IMG/VR virus record: IMGVR_UViG_3300035703_000003
Source: a virus
Lineage: Duplodnaviria; Heunggongvirae; Uroviricota; Caudoviricetes
Direction: 5' to 3' (one strand)
DNA: 64,000 bases
The notes under the pieces were generated by a model. It was not told where the DNA came from and ran no database searches. It saw only the letters and a program-made list of their open reading frames with translations. A program made the position numbers and the translations under genes. Positions 46,692 through 56,124 of the stretch are shown here, piece by piece; positions within the stretch are counted from its first letter, which is position 1; each line of letters starts with the position of its first letter.

Positions 46692-47512
46692 CTGTTTTTG
46701 ATTTTTTCATAAAACATATCTGCCAATGTTTTATTCACTTCTTTTCCTGGGTGAAGCAAGTCTCTGCCTAACGAAGGTCTGGCGTCTGGCCATATAACGT
46801 TGTTTTCGTTAAAAATAGTGTCTATTACAGTTAGATAATATAATTTTACATTGTTTTGCATACAAATAAGTTCTATAGCATATCTATTTTTTAAAGTTGC
46901 ATAATAAGTATTTTCTTCGTTTAACACCCAATCATCATAAAATTTTTTGTATCCTTCAAGTTCTACTTTTAATTCCGGATAAGTTGACAATGCTTCTTTT
47001 GTAAATTTATGCATTAATAAATTAATAGGTTCCTTAGAGTTATTATATATATTAAGAGGTTTTATTATTTCTTTTCTGGCAGGATCTGGTTCTAATATTA
47101 TTACAATTTTAGGTTTAATATAAGGTATCCAATGACTAGCTAATCTAAAAACAGTATCAAACGATGCTCCGCATACACCCATATTTAAACAAGTTAAGTT
47201 TAGTTGTTCAGCAAGTATATTACTAAAACGATTGCTCTCATGAATACCTTCGCCAAATGTGTGACTGCAGCCAAACGCCATTAATACATCGCTGTTTTTA
47301 AGATCATGCGTTATATCCCGAGTTCTAAAACCATAATTATTAAACTTGTAAGATATCTTGGTATCTAACCAATCTAAATTTTTTAGAAGTTTGTGTTTTT
47401 CCGGATTTTTTAAATTTCGGTTGTAGTGCTCTTCGCTATCGCCAAACAGCCATTCGAATTCAATGTTTCTGTGATAATAGGACCCTATTATCATTTTGTT
47501 TTCATCTAACAT
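46688..47512 (-). CDS. SGNH-hydrolase-like protein
   Basis: YKFNNYGFR, FGCSHTFG, NMGVCGAS, RDLLHPG. Confidence 0.65.
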   Translation of the reverse strand: MLDENKMIIGSYYHRNIEFEWLFGDSEEHYNRNLKNPEKHKLLKNLDWLDTKISYKFNNYGFRTRDITHDLKNSDVLMAFGCSHTFGEGIHESNRFSNILAEQLNLTCLNMGVCGASFDTVFRLASHWIPYIKPKIVIILEPDPARKEIIKPLNIYNNSKEPINLLMHKFTKEALSTYPELKVELEGYKKFYDDWVLNEENTYYATLKNRYAIELICMQNNVKLYYLTVIDTIFNENNVIWPDARPSLGRDLLHPGKEVNKTLADMFYEKIKNS

Positions 47513-47516
47513 GCGC

Positions 47517-47801
47517 TTATTTTTTATTTTCTAGGTCTTTAATGCGAGCTTCTAAATCATCTATTTTTGCAACAATCTTAGGATACTTTTTCTTCCATGC
47601 ATCCTCTGGTTGTTCAAGCCAAGTCAAGCCCCAACGTGCAACTAGGTAATCTACTATGCGATCAAATTGTGCATATGCCCATAAACCTATTCTTGTTGTC
47701 CCTAGATATGCTACAACCATTGCACTAATAATACCACCGATGATTGCAGTGTAGATCCACAACCTGTCGCTAGCCATACGTTCCATCATATCCCAAAGCA
47801 T
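47517..47801 (-). CDS. Membrane protein with C-terminal coiled coil (lysis region)
   Basis: One transmembrane helix; KIDDLEARIKDLE. Confidence 0.6.
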   Translation of the reverse strand: MLWDMMERMASDRLWIYTAIIGGIISAMVVAYLGTTRIGLWAYAQFDRIVDYLVARWGLTWLEQPEDAWKKKYPKIVAKIDDLEARIKDLENKK

Positions 47802-47804
47802 AAT

Positions 47805-48095
47805 TTATCTCACTTTATTAAAACGTTCGACTGTTTGTCTAACAGTTTGTTGTTCATTTGCAATTTTTCTAAGATCACGGCCTTGCTCTATTACTAGAGC
47901 ATTTAGTCGACGTAGTTGCTCTTCCAATCCACGAACATATGCTTGTGTTGGTATAAGTTTTTCTTGCCCATGTTCGTCTAACATCTTAAACGAGTCTGCA
48001 CCTTGGCTTTTTAGACCACCAACAACTCTGTTTGGATTTTTTTCTTCGTCTATGGGTTTTTTCTTTTTAGCCCCATACATGTTATATATACTCAT
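47805..48095 (-). CDS. Coiled-coil hypothetical protein
   Basis: Intact ORF. Confidence 0.6.
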   Translation of the reverse strand: MSIYNMYGAKKKKPIDEEKNPNRVVGGLKSQGADSFKMLDEHGQEKLIPTQAYVRGLEEQLRRLNALVIEQGRDLRKIANEQQTVRQTVERFNKVR

Positions 48096-48276
48096 CCGTG
48101 TTCAAACCTTGATAATGATTTTGGTATTGGTATTACATTTTTCGACTTTTCTAAGTTTTCCATGTATTGTTTCCAATACGCTGTTCTTTCATTGGTAGAA
48201 GCACGAGTTTCCTCGTGCTTCTTTAATATTTCAACATAATGTTTCATATCAATATTCAATTATTTAATTCCCAGTT

Positions 48277-48543
48277 TCATTTGTCACTCGCTCCAAAGAA
48301 GAAGTTAATAATTGTTGACACTGCGGTACCTAATAAAAATCCTAAAATAATATTAGCAAAATTTACACCGTCTGGTGGTAGTGGAAAGAAAGTAACGCAA
48401 AAGAAATATATTACACTTACTATTCCCCAAAACCAAGCGAACCAATATGTAAAATGTGATGCTAATTTATCACCACGTCTTACTAGTTCTTCGTGTGCAT
48501 CTCGCAAACTGTTGTCTGTTGTGTCCATATTATCGTCTGACAT
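48277..48543 (-). CDS. Two-TM membrane protein, candidate holin
   Basis: Two hydrophobic helices; ATG overlaps the endolysin stop. Confidence 0.55.
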   Translation of the reverse strand: MSDDNMDTTDNSLRDAHEELVRRGDKLASHFTYWFAWFWGIVSVIYFFCVTFFPLPPDGVNFANIILGFLLGTAVSTIINFFFGASDK

Positions 48544-49415
48544 TATTTGATACCCATTGCTGCTAGTGTTTTTGGTCCTGCTACGCCGTCTGCTGTAAGA
48601 CCTTTGCTTGCTTGCCATTTTTTAAGTGCTGCTTCTGTGCCTGGACCAAAGTCACCATCGGCACCTACACCTAATACTGCCTGCATTTTCTTAACTAAGT
48701 CGCCTTTGCTGCCTTTCTTAAGTGTTGCTGTTGCTGCACTTTCACTTGCAGATTCTGCTACTGGCTTAAGTGTTACTTTACCACCGAACACTTCCATTGC
48801 TTTTTTATAACGTGATTGACGATCTGCTAACCCGATGTCACCGCCGTTGATGATTTTAGTCATCTTAACAACATCGCCTGTATCAGCAACATCATTCAGT
48901 TTCTTTGCGTTCCAGAACCAGCAAGCTGATTCAATTGCGCCTTTTTCTGTTGCAACATATTCTGCAGCTTGTTCTGCGGTCATATTAACACTCTTACCAA
49001 AGTTAGTGTAGTTCTCACGACCAGTAAGTTGTTTTAGACCACGACCACGGAATCTCCATCCGTCACCCTCTTTTACGTTACCCATCTTTGATGTGCGGAA
49101 TTCGTCCATGTAAACATAGTTTGCAATCTTTTCTGGATTCTTTGCATACTCGGCAGCATTACGCTTTCCTGCGCCAAAGTAACGTGGAAAAATCTTTAGT
49201 AGAGTTTCTTCTCTATAGTTCAAGTTTTCTTCTAGCGTCATAAAGTTTCCGCTTTCATGAGCGCATTGTGCGATAAAGCCAGCAACTCTTGCTTCTGTTA
49301 CGATATCATATTTCGGAAGAATGTCTGCAAGTGCATCGTACCACTCTTCGACTTTTTTATTTCCTGGTATTAATGCTGCTAAATGCTCTTTAGTAAAATT
49401 AAATTTAAATGCCAT
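48543..49415 (-). CDS. Endolysin: GH19 domain plus PG_binding_1 domain
   Basis: FIAQCAHES, EENLNY, FRGRG.KQLTG..NY, INGG..G..DR; LKKGSKG...DG.FGP.T..A...WQ...L..DG.AGP.T. Confidence 0.93.
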   Translation of the reverse strand: MAFKFNFTKEHLAALIPGNKKVEEWYDALADILPKYDIVTEARVAGFIAQCAHESGNFMTLEENLNYREETLLKIFPRYFGAGKRNAAEYAKNPEKIANYVYMDEFRTSKMGNVKEGDGWRFRGRGLKQLTGRENYTNFGKSVNMTAEQAAEYVATEKGAIESACWFWNAKKLNDVADTGDVVKMTKIINGGDIGLADRQSRYKKAMEVFGGKVTLKPVAESASESAATATLKKGSKGDLVKKMQAVLGVGADGDFGPGTEAALKKWQASKGLTADGVAGPKTLAAMGIK

Positions 49416-49450
49416 TATACTATTCCTTCTATAGCTTTAGTTCTTAGTAT

Positions 49451-50044
49451 TTATTTTACCCAGGCGCCGATCCGGCCGTGAATGTCTGGATAAACCCTAT
49501 ATTTGTAACCTTCTGGTGGATCAATCGATTGACCTTCCCATACAGGAATAAAATGTGTTGTGTTGCCTTCAAAGTCTTCGTTATGTCTAAAATGCACTTC
49601 AATGAGTTTACCGCCTATATATTCGCAGTTTATCCATTCGTATTTTTTTGAAAATTCTTTTAGTATAGTAGGCATCTTTAAACGGTCTGATACCCTAATC
49701 CAATGATCCCATTTTGTAAAAGTATTATTGCTTTTGTGTCCTTCTACTGCAAGAGTTTGTTTGCCCCAATGATAGTCTATGCTTAAATGTCTACCTTCGA
49801 ACCACTCACACCAAAAGTGTCCAACTGGCAAATGTGTAGTAGCTTTTTCTAACCATATTCTTTGTGCGCCTAAACCTAAACCCATCATATTAACACATGG
49901 TCTAACAATATAATAGCCTGGATGTGGAACCTCTAACCCCATCGGCCCGCAGTTATAATACATTTTTCTAGATAAGATAAGTTTGTCCATAACCCAAATA
50001 TCGTCGGGGTCTATATTTTTCCAAACTTCATCTTCTGCTGACAT
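49451..50044 (-). CDS. Hypothetical protein, ATP-grasp-like
   Basis: IVRP..N..G.G.GA, E.FEG...S.D, IEVHFR. Confidence 0.5.
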   Translation of the reverse strand: MSAEDEVWKNIDPDDIWVMDKLILSRKMYYNCGPMGLEVPHPGYYIVRPCVNMMGLGLGAQRIWLEKATTHLPVGHFWCEWFEGRHLSIDYHWGKQTLAVEGHKSNNTFTKWDHWIRVSDRLKMPTILKEFSKKYEWINCEYIGGKLIEVHFRHNEDFEGNTTHFIPVWEGQSIDPPEGYKYRVYPDIHGRIGAWVK

Positions 50045-50224
50045 TTAAAATCCGAGTTCTATGCCGCTATCTTGCCAACCCCAATGTTGATCGTTGGTTT
50101 TTTTGCAATGATCGCAATCACAATTATGGCAAACATCGTTACGACAATCTTTGCATTCACCACCACAATGGTGGCTGCACCCACAATTTTTGCAGGTGCA
50201 GCTTGAATGTTCTGTTATTTTCAT
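50045..50224 (-). CDS. Metallothionein-like Cys/His-rich protein (59 aa, not in track)
   Basis: MKITEHSSCTCKNCGCSHHCGGECKDCRNDVCHNCDCDHCKKTNDQHWGWQDSGIELGF: 11 Cys, 6 His; exactly fills the gap; GGAG upstream. Confidence 0.75.
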   Translation of the reverse strand: MKITEHSSCTCKNCGCSHHCGGECKDCRNDVCHNCDCDHCKKTNDQHWGWQDSGIELGF

Positions 50225-50227
50225 GTA

Positions 50228-52768
50228 TCACTCCATTACATAAACACGATAAGCGTCTTGTGACTTAGCCCATTTTGCGGCAGCTTTTTTCGCATCTGCA
50301 AAGCTACCTTGGAATTTAAATATCTCATCATCATCTGGCATGCCGTATTCACGTGTTGTAAACATCCACAGTGCAGAGTATCCAGGATCACGTGGTTTAC
50401 GACCATGCGATCTCATATGACGTGAGTAGTCTAATGTAACTGCTTCTTTTACTCTATCTTTTTTATCGTCTTTTTTATCAGCATTTTTTTGACTTTGCTC
50501 AATGCTTTTACGAATAATGTCTTGCGCTCGTGCCATTGCTCTTGCGTTGTGTCCTGACTTGGCTTTTGCTTCGGTTGAATTCCATTTGAGTCCACTGCTA
50601 GTAAAGACCCCTTCGTTACCGTCTTCACCGTCAATGACTTTTAATCCAATTGGATCTACTCCGTTTTTCTTAGCCATATCGATAAACTTTTGTTGCAACG
50701 GGTTGCCTGTTACATTTGCGCCGAAGTAATCATTCCATTGGTCTACTAATTTACCATCAACATATAGTTCTAGCATTGCAAAGTCTTCGCTGTAGTCGTA
50801 CCATTGCTTCATATAGGTACCTTCTTCAGCTTCGTCAAGTTCGACTTCTTCGTTTGCAAACACATATTCTTTACTAGCAATTCTTCTTTTTATTTCTTTT
50901 TCTGCTGATCTGTCGTGCTTGGCTACCTTCATTAACTTGTTGTGCGACCAGTTTTTAGCAGTAGCCGATTTATCAGATCTCCAATCAGCTTTTGTATCTG
51001 TCAGATTCTTACCGTAATATTCATCGTCGGCTGCTTTGCGACGCTTTGCATGGTCGCTGCTTTCTGCTACACCTTGATTTGAAGTTTTGCACTTAGGGCA
51101 AAAGCCGTTGTTCTTTTCCCATGCTTTAGCAGTTGATACTTCGTCGCACTTGACACAAGCAATTTTTTCTACGGCTTCGTTAAATGTTGATTCTTCTAAT
51201 TTAGAAATGTCGCCTTTTAGTAAGTCAAACTCTCTAGCAGCATCTGCAGCACCTTTGCCTGTGCGTTTCATCCATGCTTTTGCTTTTCTAATTGCGACTT
51301 GGCGCTTTTGTTCTGCACGGTTAACGGCTGCACCTAGTGTAGCTTTGTCTTCTTTCATATCACGAGTATTCTTCATACCGCTGTAGTCATTGTCCAGCTC
51401 TTTGAATTCTTCGTATGAAAGATACATATCAGTGTCACGGTCATAATATGAGCCTTCCTTTGGATCGTAGTAAACAACTTTACCACTTAGTGTCATGAAC
51501 GGACCTTCTAGGCCAGGAATTTCGTCATAACGTTCTTTATCAATGCTCTTTATTGTTTTATAACCTTCTTTTTGGACACTTTCGAATCCACGGGTGCTGC
51601 CATCCATTACACCAGGAGTTGGTGACATTTCACGACGGCCAACATTTGACGCTGGTCGTCTTTGTGGTCTTATACTAGTTGTTGGTGCAAGGTTTGAGCC
51701 TGCAGCGGGTGTGTTTGATTTTGTAAGGTTGTCAGGTCTTGCTTTCGGACCTGGTATATCTGTCATAAACTTGGCCCCTGCGCCCGGCTCTACTGCACCG
51801 CTTGGCCATTCATAGCCGCCGCCCGGTAAACTTCTGCCAGGTCTTGCAACCGGGCGTATACTAGTTTTTGGTGCTTCTTCTGTTGCTGCCATTGGTCTAG
51901 GCATTGGTCTCGCACTTGCTGCAGGTGCATTTGATTTTCTGTTAGCCATATTAGTTCCTACTCTTGTTCCTATTTGTGATCCAATTGATCCGCCGATCAT
52001 TCCGCCTACTGGACCTGCAATTGCGCTGCCTGCCATACGTCCAATTTGACCGCCTACCATAGATCCTACCATTCCTGGTCTTTGATTAGGCATTCCAGTT
52101 GACGATGCTGCTGTGGATTTTCTGATAACTGATGGATTCATTGTAGGAGTAGGAGCTTCTGACATCACAGTAGTAATCATTTGTGTAGTGTCTAGTGTAG
52201 GACCTTCGTTTAACTGTGACCACCCTGTAACATTAAATGTATCGTTTTCAAAGATAGTTAGCATACGAAGTCTATCTTTGTCGTTTGCAGTTAGATTGGG
52301 ATATGATTCAACAACTTGCTTCCAATCAGCAATGTGTGCTATTTCTTTAACAGCACTTTCTGATAAGTTACGCTTATTGTAGTATAAATTACTTTGTTCT
52401 TTAGCAACGCTTTCGCTTATTTGATTTTTTACAACAATATTGCTTACCATTTTAGCTTCAGAAACTTTTTTGTATTCGTCGAGAGCGGGCTTGAATCTTT
52501 TTAGAGTATTTTCATACTCTGCTAGCATACGATTGCTTTCTATAACATAAAGTTTGTTATTATCTTTGTATAAGTTAAGATATTCTAAAATACTGTTGTG
52601 CCAGTATGTTCTTGCAGTGTTCCATTTAATAAGACCATGTGCATAACATTCAAAAATGCTATACATATGTGCAGCTACTTTATGATAATCTCTGCCACTT
52701 TCTAAGTATAAAGCTCTGGACTTTTTACTTTCTTTTATAATTTCGTATGCTAATTCTAACTTTTTCAT
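50228..52768 (-). CDS. Large mosaic protein, putative protease-processed head/internal polyprotein
   Basis: 846 aa; Gly-zipper, Pro-rich and CxxC..CxxC segments separated by LNE, FNE, VAE, LDE, VKE; upstream ATAAATA. Confidence 0.65.
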   Translation of the reverse strand: MKKLELAYEIIKESKKSRALYLESGRDYHKVAAHMYSIFECYAHGLIKWNTARTYWHNSILEYLNLYKDNNKLYVIESNRMLAEYENTLKRFKPALDEYKKVSEAKMVSNIVVKNQISESVAKEQSNLYYNKRNLSESAVKEIAHIADWKQVVESYPNLTANDKDRLRMLTIFENDTFNVTGWSQLNEGPTLDTTQMITTVMSEAPTPTMNPSVIRKSTAASSTGMPNQRPGMVGSMVGGQIGRMAGSAIAGPVGGMIGGSIGSQIGTRVGTNMANRKSNAPAASARPMPRPMAATEEAPKTSIRPVARPGRSLPGGGYEWPSGAVEPGAGAKFMTDIPGPKARPDNLTKSNTPAAGSNLAPTTSIRPQRRPASNVGRREMSPTPGVMDGSTRGFESVQKEGYKTIKSIDKERYDEIPGLEGPFMTLSGKVVYYDPKEGSYYDRDTDMYLSYEEFKELDNDYSGMKNTRDMKEDKATLGAAVNRAEQKRQVAIRKAKAWMKRTGKGAADAAREFDLLKGDISKLEESTFNEAVEKIACVKCDEVSTAKAWEKNNGFCPKCKTSNQGVAESSDHAKRRKAADDEYYGKNLTDTKADWRSDKSATAKNWSHNKLMKVAKHDRSAEKEIKRRIASKEYVFANEEVELDEAEEGTYMKQWYDYSEDFAMLELYVDGKLVDQWNDYFGANVTGNPLQQKFIDMAKKNGVDPIGLKVIDGEDGNEGVFTSSGLKWNSTEAKAKSGHNARAMARAQDIIRKSIEQSQKNADKKDDKKDRVKEAVTLDYSRHMRSHGRKPRDPGYSALWMFTTREYGMPDDDEIFKFQGSFADAKKAAAKWAKSQDAYRVYVME

Positions 52769-52814
52769 TTTTGTTTCCTGTGAACTTGTTATTATTTATT
52801 AAAATAGTCGATTA

Positions 52815-53990
52815 CTATTTGCCCGAAACAGTTCTCGATAATTCTAATGGATCGGCAATCGGTAATAATGGGGATTTCAAAGTAGGTATATTCAATCCGC
52901 CGCCGCCAGCTGGTCTTTTCCTTGTATTACCTGGAGGTGTATTTTGCGTTTGTGTTCTAGGCGCAGTTTGTGTTCCGGGTGTAGTTTGTGTTCCGGGTGT
53001 AGTTTGTGTTCCGGGTGTAGTTTGCGTTCTGGGTGCAGGTACTGGTGTGATAGGTGCTGTCCCTGGCGCAGGTACTGGTGTAATAGGTGCTGGTTCTGGT
53101 GTAATAGGTTCGGGTCCTGGTGCAGGCTCAGGTTCTCTTACTGGAGGTGTCTCTATTTCTGGTTCAGGTTCTCTTACTGGAGGTGTCTCTATTTCTGGTT
53201 CAGGATCTCTTACTGGAGGTGTCTCTATTTCTGGCGCCGGTGAATCAGGAATAATTACAGGCGGCTCGTTTGTATTTGGAGATTCTGGCGGTGCTGTCTG
53301 CGGTATAATTACAGGCGGCTCATCTTCTCTGGGTAGAACCGGCGGTTCGTCTCGGGTTGGTCCTTCTGGTGCCTCAGGTTCAAATGGCATGTCTTCGGGC
53401 CACCAGTCTGGTTGAGTTACAGGAATGTCAACAGGTTCTGCGTCGGGAGCAAATGCAGTAGTATCTCTAGACAATATTCTACTAGCTTCTTCTGCTGCGT
53501 TATACTCATCGGACTGTCTAGGGTCAGGCCAATTACCGTCTTCAATTTGTTGTTTTTCTACTTCTGACATTGCAGCAACACTTGCATTAACCATATCCAC
53601 GTATGCTTGTGGATTATTTTTTAGAAGATCTCGCTGAAATTCATATGCAATTTGTGCCGATGAACCCAGATATTCACTGCCCTCACCTGCGGGATCCGGA
53701 GTAAGTATTAATCCGATTGCGCCTAATGCCCTACCCAATACACCTTTAAATAATGATCCTGAATTAACTCTTACATTGGCTCCTGGTGCTGCGTTCATAT
53801 TTGCGGCTGCTTGACGAGCTAAATCTGGATTGTTATTTAAAAATTGAGTTAATGCGTTTTGAACGGAAGGTGGCTTCAAACTAGGATTTTGAGTTCCCAA
53901 AAAGTTAACAATCTGTGCAACATTTGGTGCAGCTTGCTCTGCTAACTTTTTTTTATCTTTATTGTTTTCAAACAACTCGTTTATACGCAT
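52815..53990 (-). CDS. Pro/Glu-rich tagged protein (MRINELFE)
   Basis: N-terminal tag, Pro repeats, C-terminus shared with 54034..55413. Confidence 0.75.
   Translation of the reverse strand: MRINELFENNKDKKKLAEQAAPNVAQIVNFLGTQNPSLKPPSVQNALTQFLNNNPDLARQAAANMNAAPGANVRVNSGSLFKGVLGRALGAIGLILTPDPAGEGSEYLGSSAQIAYEFQRDLLKNNPQAYVDMVNASVAAMSEVEKQQIEDGNWPDPRQSDEYNAAEEASRILSRDTTAFAPDAEPVDIPVTQPDWWPEDMPFEPEAPEGPTRDEPPVLPREDEPPVIIPQTAPPESPNTNEPPVIIPDSPAPEIETPPVRDPEPEIETPPVREPEPEIETPPVREPEPAPGPEPITPEPAPITPVPAPGTAPITPVPAPRTQTTPGTQTTPGTQTTPGTQTAPRTQTQNTPPGNTRKRPAGGGGLNIPTLKSPLLPIADPLELSRTVSGK
52966..53025. repeat. 18 bp tandem repeat (TQTTPG), about 3 copies
   Basis: gtttgtgttccgggtgta repeated. Confidence 0.85.
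53131..53233. repeat. 36 bp tandem repeat (PEIETPPVREPE), about 3 copies
   Basis: tctcttactggaggtgtctctatttctgg recurs at period 36. Confidence 0.85.
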
Positions 53991-54033
53991 TTTTAGATTT
54001 CCTCGTTCGGTATATTATTAACTATTCTTTAGA

Positions 54034-55413
54034 TTATGGTCTATTAGGAACAACTCTCGATAATTCCAATGGATCGGCGATCGGTAATAACGGAGATTTC
54101 ATATAAAGAGTCGGCATGCCAAACCCTCGAGTAGTGCGAGGTTGTGAACGAGGTCGTGTGCGTTGTGTTGTGCGATTTCTTCCGTTGGGGTTATTTTTCG
54201 GATCACTCTTCGTTCTCAGATCGGGCTGTTCTAGCGGGTCAGTCTTACGTGATGGATCATTAAATCTTACTGGGGGATTAAACTCAGTTGATGGCAGTGG
54301 CTGAGTAATAGTTCCCGGCTCTGCTGCGGGGTCCGGAGTTTTTTCGTCTGGATCGCCTTGGTCATCGTCATCAGTTTGTGGGTTAAATGGCACTGGCCTT
54401 AGCGGCAACGGAAAAGTCGGTATATTTGTATCTGGCTTTGTCTCATCTGGCTTTGGCTTTATTTCTGCCGGCTTTGGATCTGTCTCTGCCGGCTTTGTTT
54501 CGTCCGGCTTTGGATCCGTCTCATCTGGCTTTGGTTCATCTGGCTTTGGATCCGTCTCATCTGGCTTTGTCTCATCTGGCTTTGGATCTGTCTCTGCTGG
54601 CTCTTCGTCTTCTTTATCAGGTTTTCGTGGAATCCAACGCACCGGTGGCGGAATACCATCATCTGGCTTCGGTTCGATTCGGTTCGGGCCGGGGGTATTG
54701 TCTGGCTCCGGGTCTGGTTTTTGTGGCTCTGGATCTTTTCGTGTCGGACTGTCAGGTGCATCTGGATTGTAAGGTATACCTTCAGGCCACCAATCTGGTT
54801 TGACATCTGGTTTAGGAATTGTTATAGGGTCGTCTGGATAAGGTGTTGCAGGAGCATCAGGTGCATCCGGTTCTATTACTGGTGCATCGGGCTCTATTAC
54901 TGGTGCATCCGGTTCTTTTACAGGTGCTTCAAATCTTGATATTGTATTCCAGGCAGAAATAGCATTTCTCTGTGCAGGAGTTAGTTTAGTTGTCTCTGTA
55001 TTTTTTATGCTATCTAAATAGTCTTGTATGTTATCTATATCAATCTCTTTAGAATTTTGTAGTGCAGAAAATGTATTAACTGCCGTTTGAGATAACTTAT
55101 CAATAAATTCTTTATTAGCTTTTTTAGTTTCAGCATCATAATCAACATCTGGACCGGATATGTAATTATAGAGATTCACAAAGGCCTTTAATACACCGCC
55201 ATGCTTCCCTACATTACGTATTAGTGCCCGACGGCCTGCATACCCGAGTCCAAATGCTATTAATTCTAGTGTGCCTGCGATAATAGGTGGTACCGCTGCT
55301 ACCGCATACTCGTTAAGTTGACGACCTTCAGTTAATGAGGATTTTTTAGCGATCTTATTGCTCTTAATCGATTCATTTATGTTTTTTGTTTTGTTAAGAT
55401 CGCTTATACGCAT
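54034..55413 (-). CDS. Pro/Asp-rich tagged protein (MRISDLNK)
   Basis: GAGG RBS before the ATG at 55413; KPDETDP repeats. Confidence 0.75.
   Translation of the reverse strand: MRISDLNKTKNINESIKSNKIAKKSSLTEGRQLNEYAVAAVPPIIAGTLELIAFGLGYAGRRALIRNVGKHGGVLKAFVNLYNYISGPDVDYDAETKKANKEFIDKLSQTAVNTFSALQNSKEIDIDNIQDYLDSIKNTETTKLTPAQRNAISAWNTISRFEAPVKEPDAPVIEPDAPVIEPDAPDAPATPYPDDPITIPKPDVKPDWWPEGIPYNPDAPDSPTRKDPEPQKPDPEPDNTPGPNRIEPKPDDGIPPPVRWIPRKPDKEDEEPAETDPKPDETKPDETDPKPDEPKPDETDPKPDETKPAETDPKPAEIKPKPDETKPDTNIPTFPLPLRPVPFNPQTDDDDQGDPDEKTPDPAAEPGTITQPLPSTEFNPPVRFNDPSRKTDPLEQPDLRTKSDPKNNPNGRNRTTQRTRPRSQPRTTRGFGMPTLYMKSPLLPIADPLELSRVVPNRP
54432..54600. repeat. Degenerate 15/21 bp repeats encoding KPDET(DP)
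   Basis: tcatctggctttg recurs repeatedly. Confidence 0.8.
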
Positions 55414-55414
55414 T

Positions 55415-55867
55415 TTAGATTTCCTCGGCTGGCAAGTCGTTAACAATTTGAGCAGGATATTCGTTCATTGCAAGATATTCCATATAATTTCTTACACTGT
55501 TGATATAATCTGATGCTTTAGTGATTTTTGATTGCACCCAAGGTTCTAAATTGTCAGTGTCTTGTATCATACCGTGTAACTGAATTGCATCTTTTGCAAG
55601 TTTGTATAACTCGCTCTTTGCCATCCAACCATCTTCGTCACCGTCATCTAATACGCCTTCCATGATTTCACTCATGTAAACTACTGGCTCACGACCTTCT
55701 TTTAGTTCTGCGCTGTGACGCTTCATCCAGGCTTTTGCAACATCGATGTCTTCGAACACTTTACGTTCGACGCCATTGATGTCTAATACTTTATATGTGT
55801 TAGCACTTTCTTTAATTAACATTGGTGTAGCAATGACTTTTGCTGTTTGAATTTTATCTAGTCTCAT
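55415..55867 (-). CDS. Tagged hypothetical protein
   Basis: MRLDKI start; C-terminal module MAKSELY...LEPWVQSKITKA.DY follows IME. Confidence 0.7.
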   Translation of the reverse strand: MRLDKIQTAKVIATPMLIKESANTYKVLDINGVERKVFEDIDVAKAWMKRHSAELKEGREPVVYMSEIMEGVLDDGDEDGWMAKSELYKLAKDAIQLHGMIQDTDNLEPWVQSKITKASDYINSVRNYMEYLAMNEYPAQIVNDLPAEEI

Positions 55868-56067
55868 GGGACTCTCCGAATCATATTTGTGTATACTGGG
55901 GATTGAACTGTAGCATCCTTGCTTTCAAGTCCGACAGCTTTGCGGGCAGCTTTGTGATGTGCTTTGCCTTTTTTACCTGTGAATAGAGGCATTGCAACGG
56001 CAGCAATACTACCTGCTCCTGTTGCACCTGCGCTTGCTTCTTCTTTTACAATTTCCCAGACTTTCAT
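55864..56067 (-). CDS. Small tagged protein (MKVWEIVKE)
   Basis: Tag followed by EASAGATGAGSIA; ATAAATA 5 nt upstream. Confidence 0.7.
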   Translation of the reverse strand: MKVWEIVKEEASAGATGAGSIAAVAMPLFTGKKGKAHHKAARKAVGLESKDATVQSPVYTNMIRRVP

Positions 56068-56124
56068 ATACTTATTTATTCAGGTATAAGTATTTGATAT
56101 ATTACAAATCTTTAAGGACAACGC

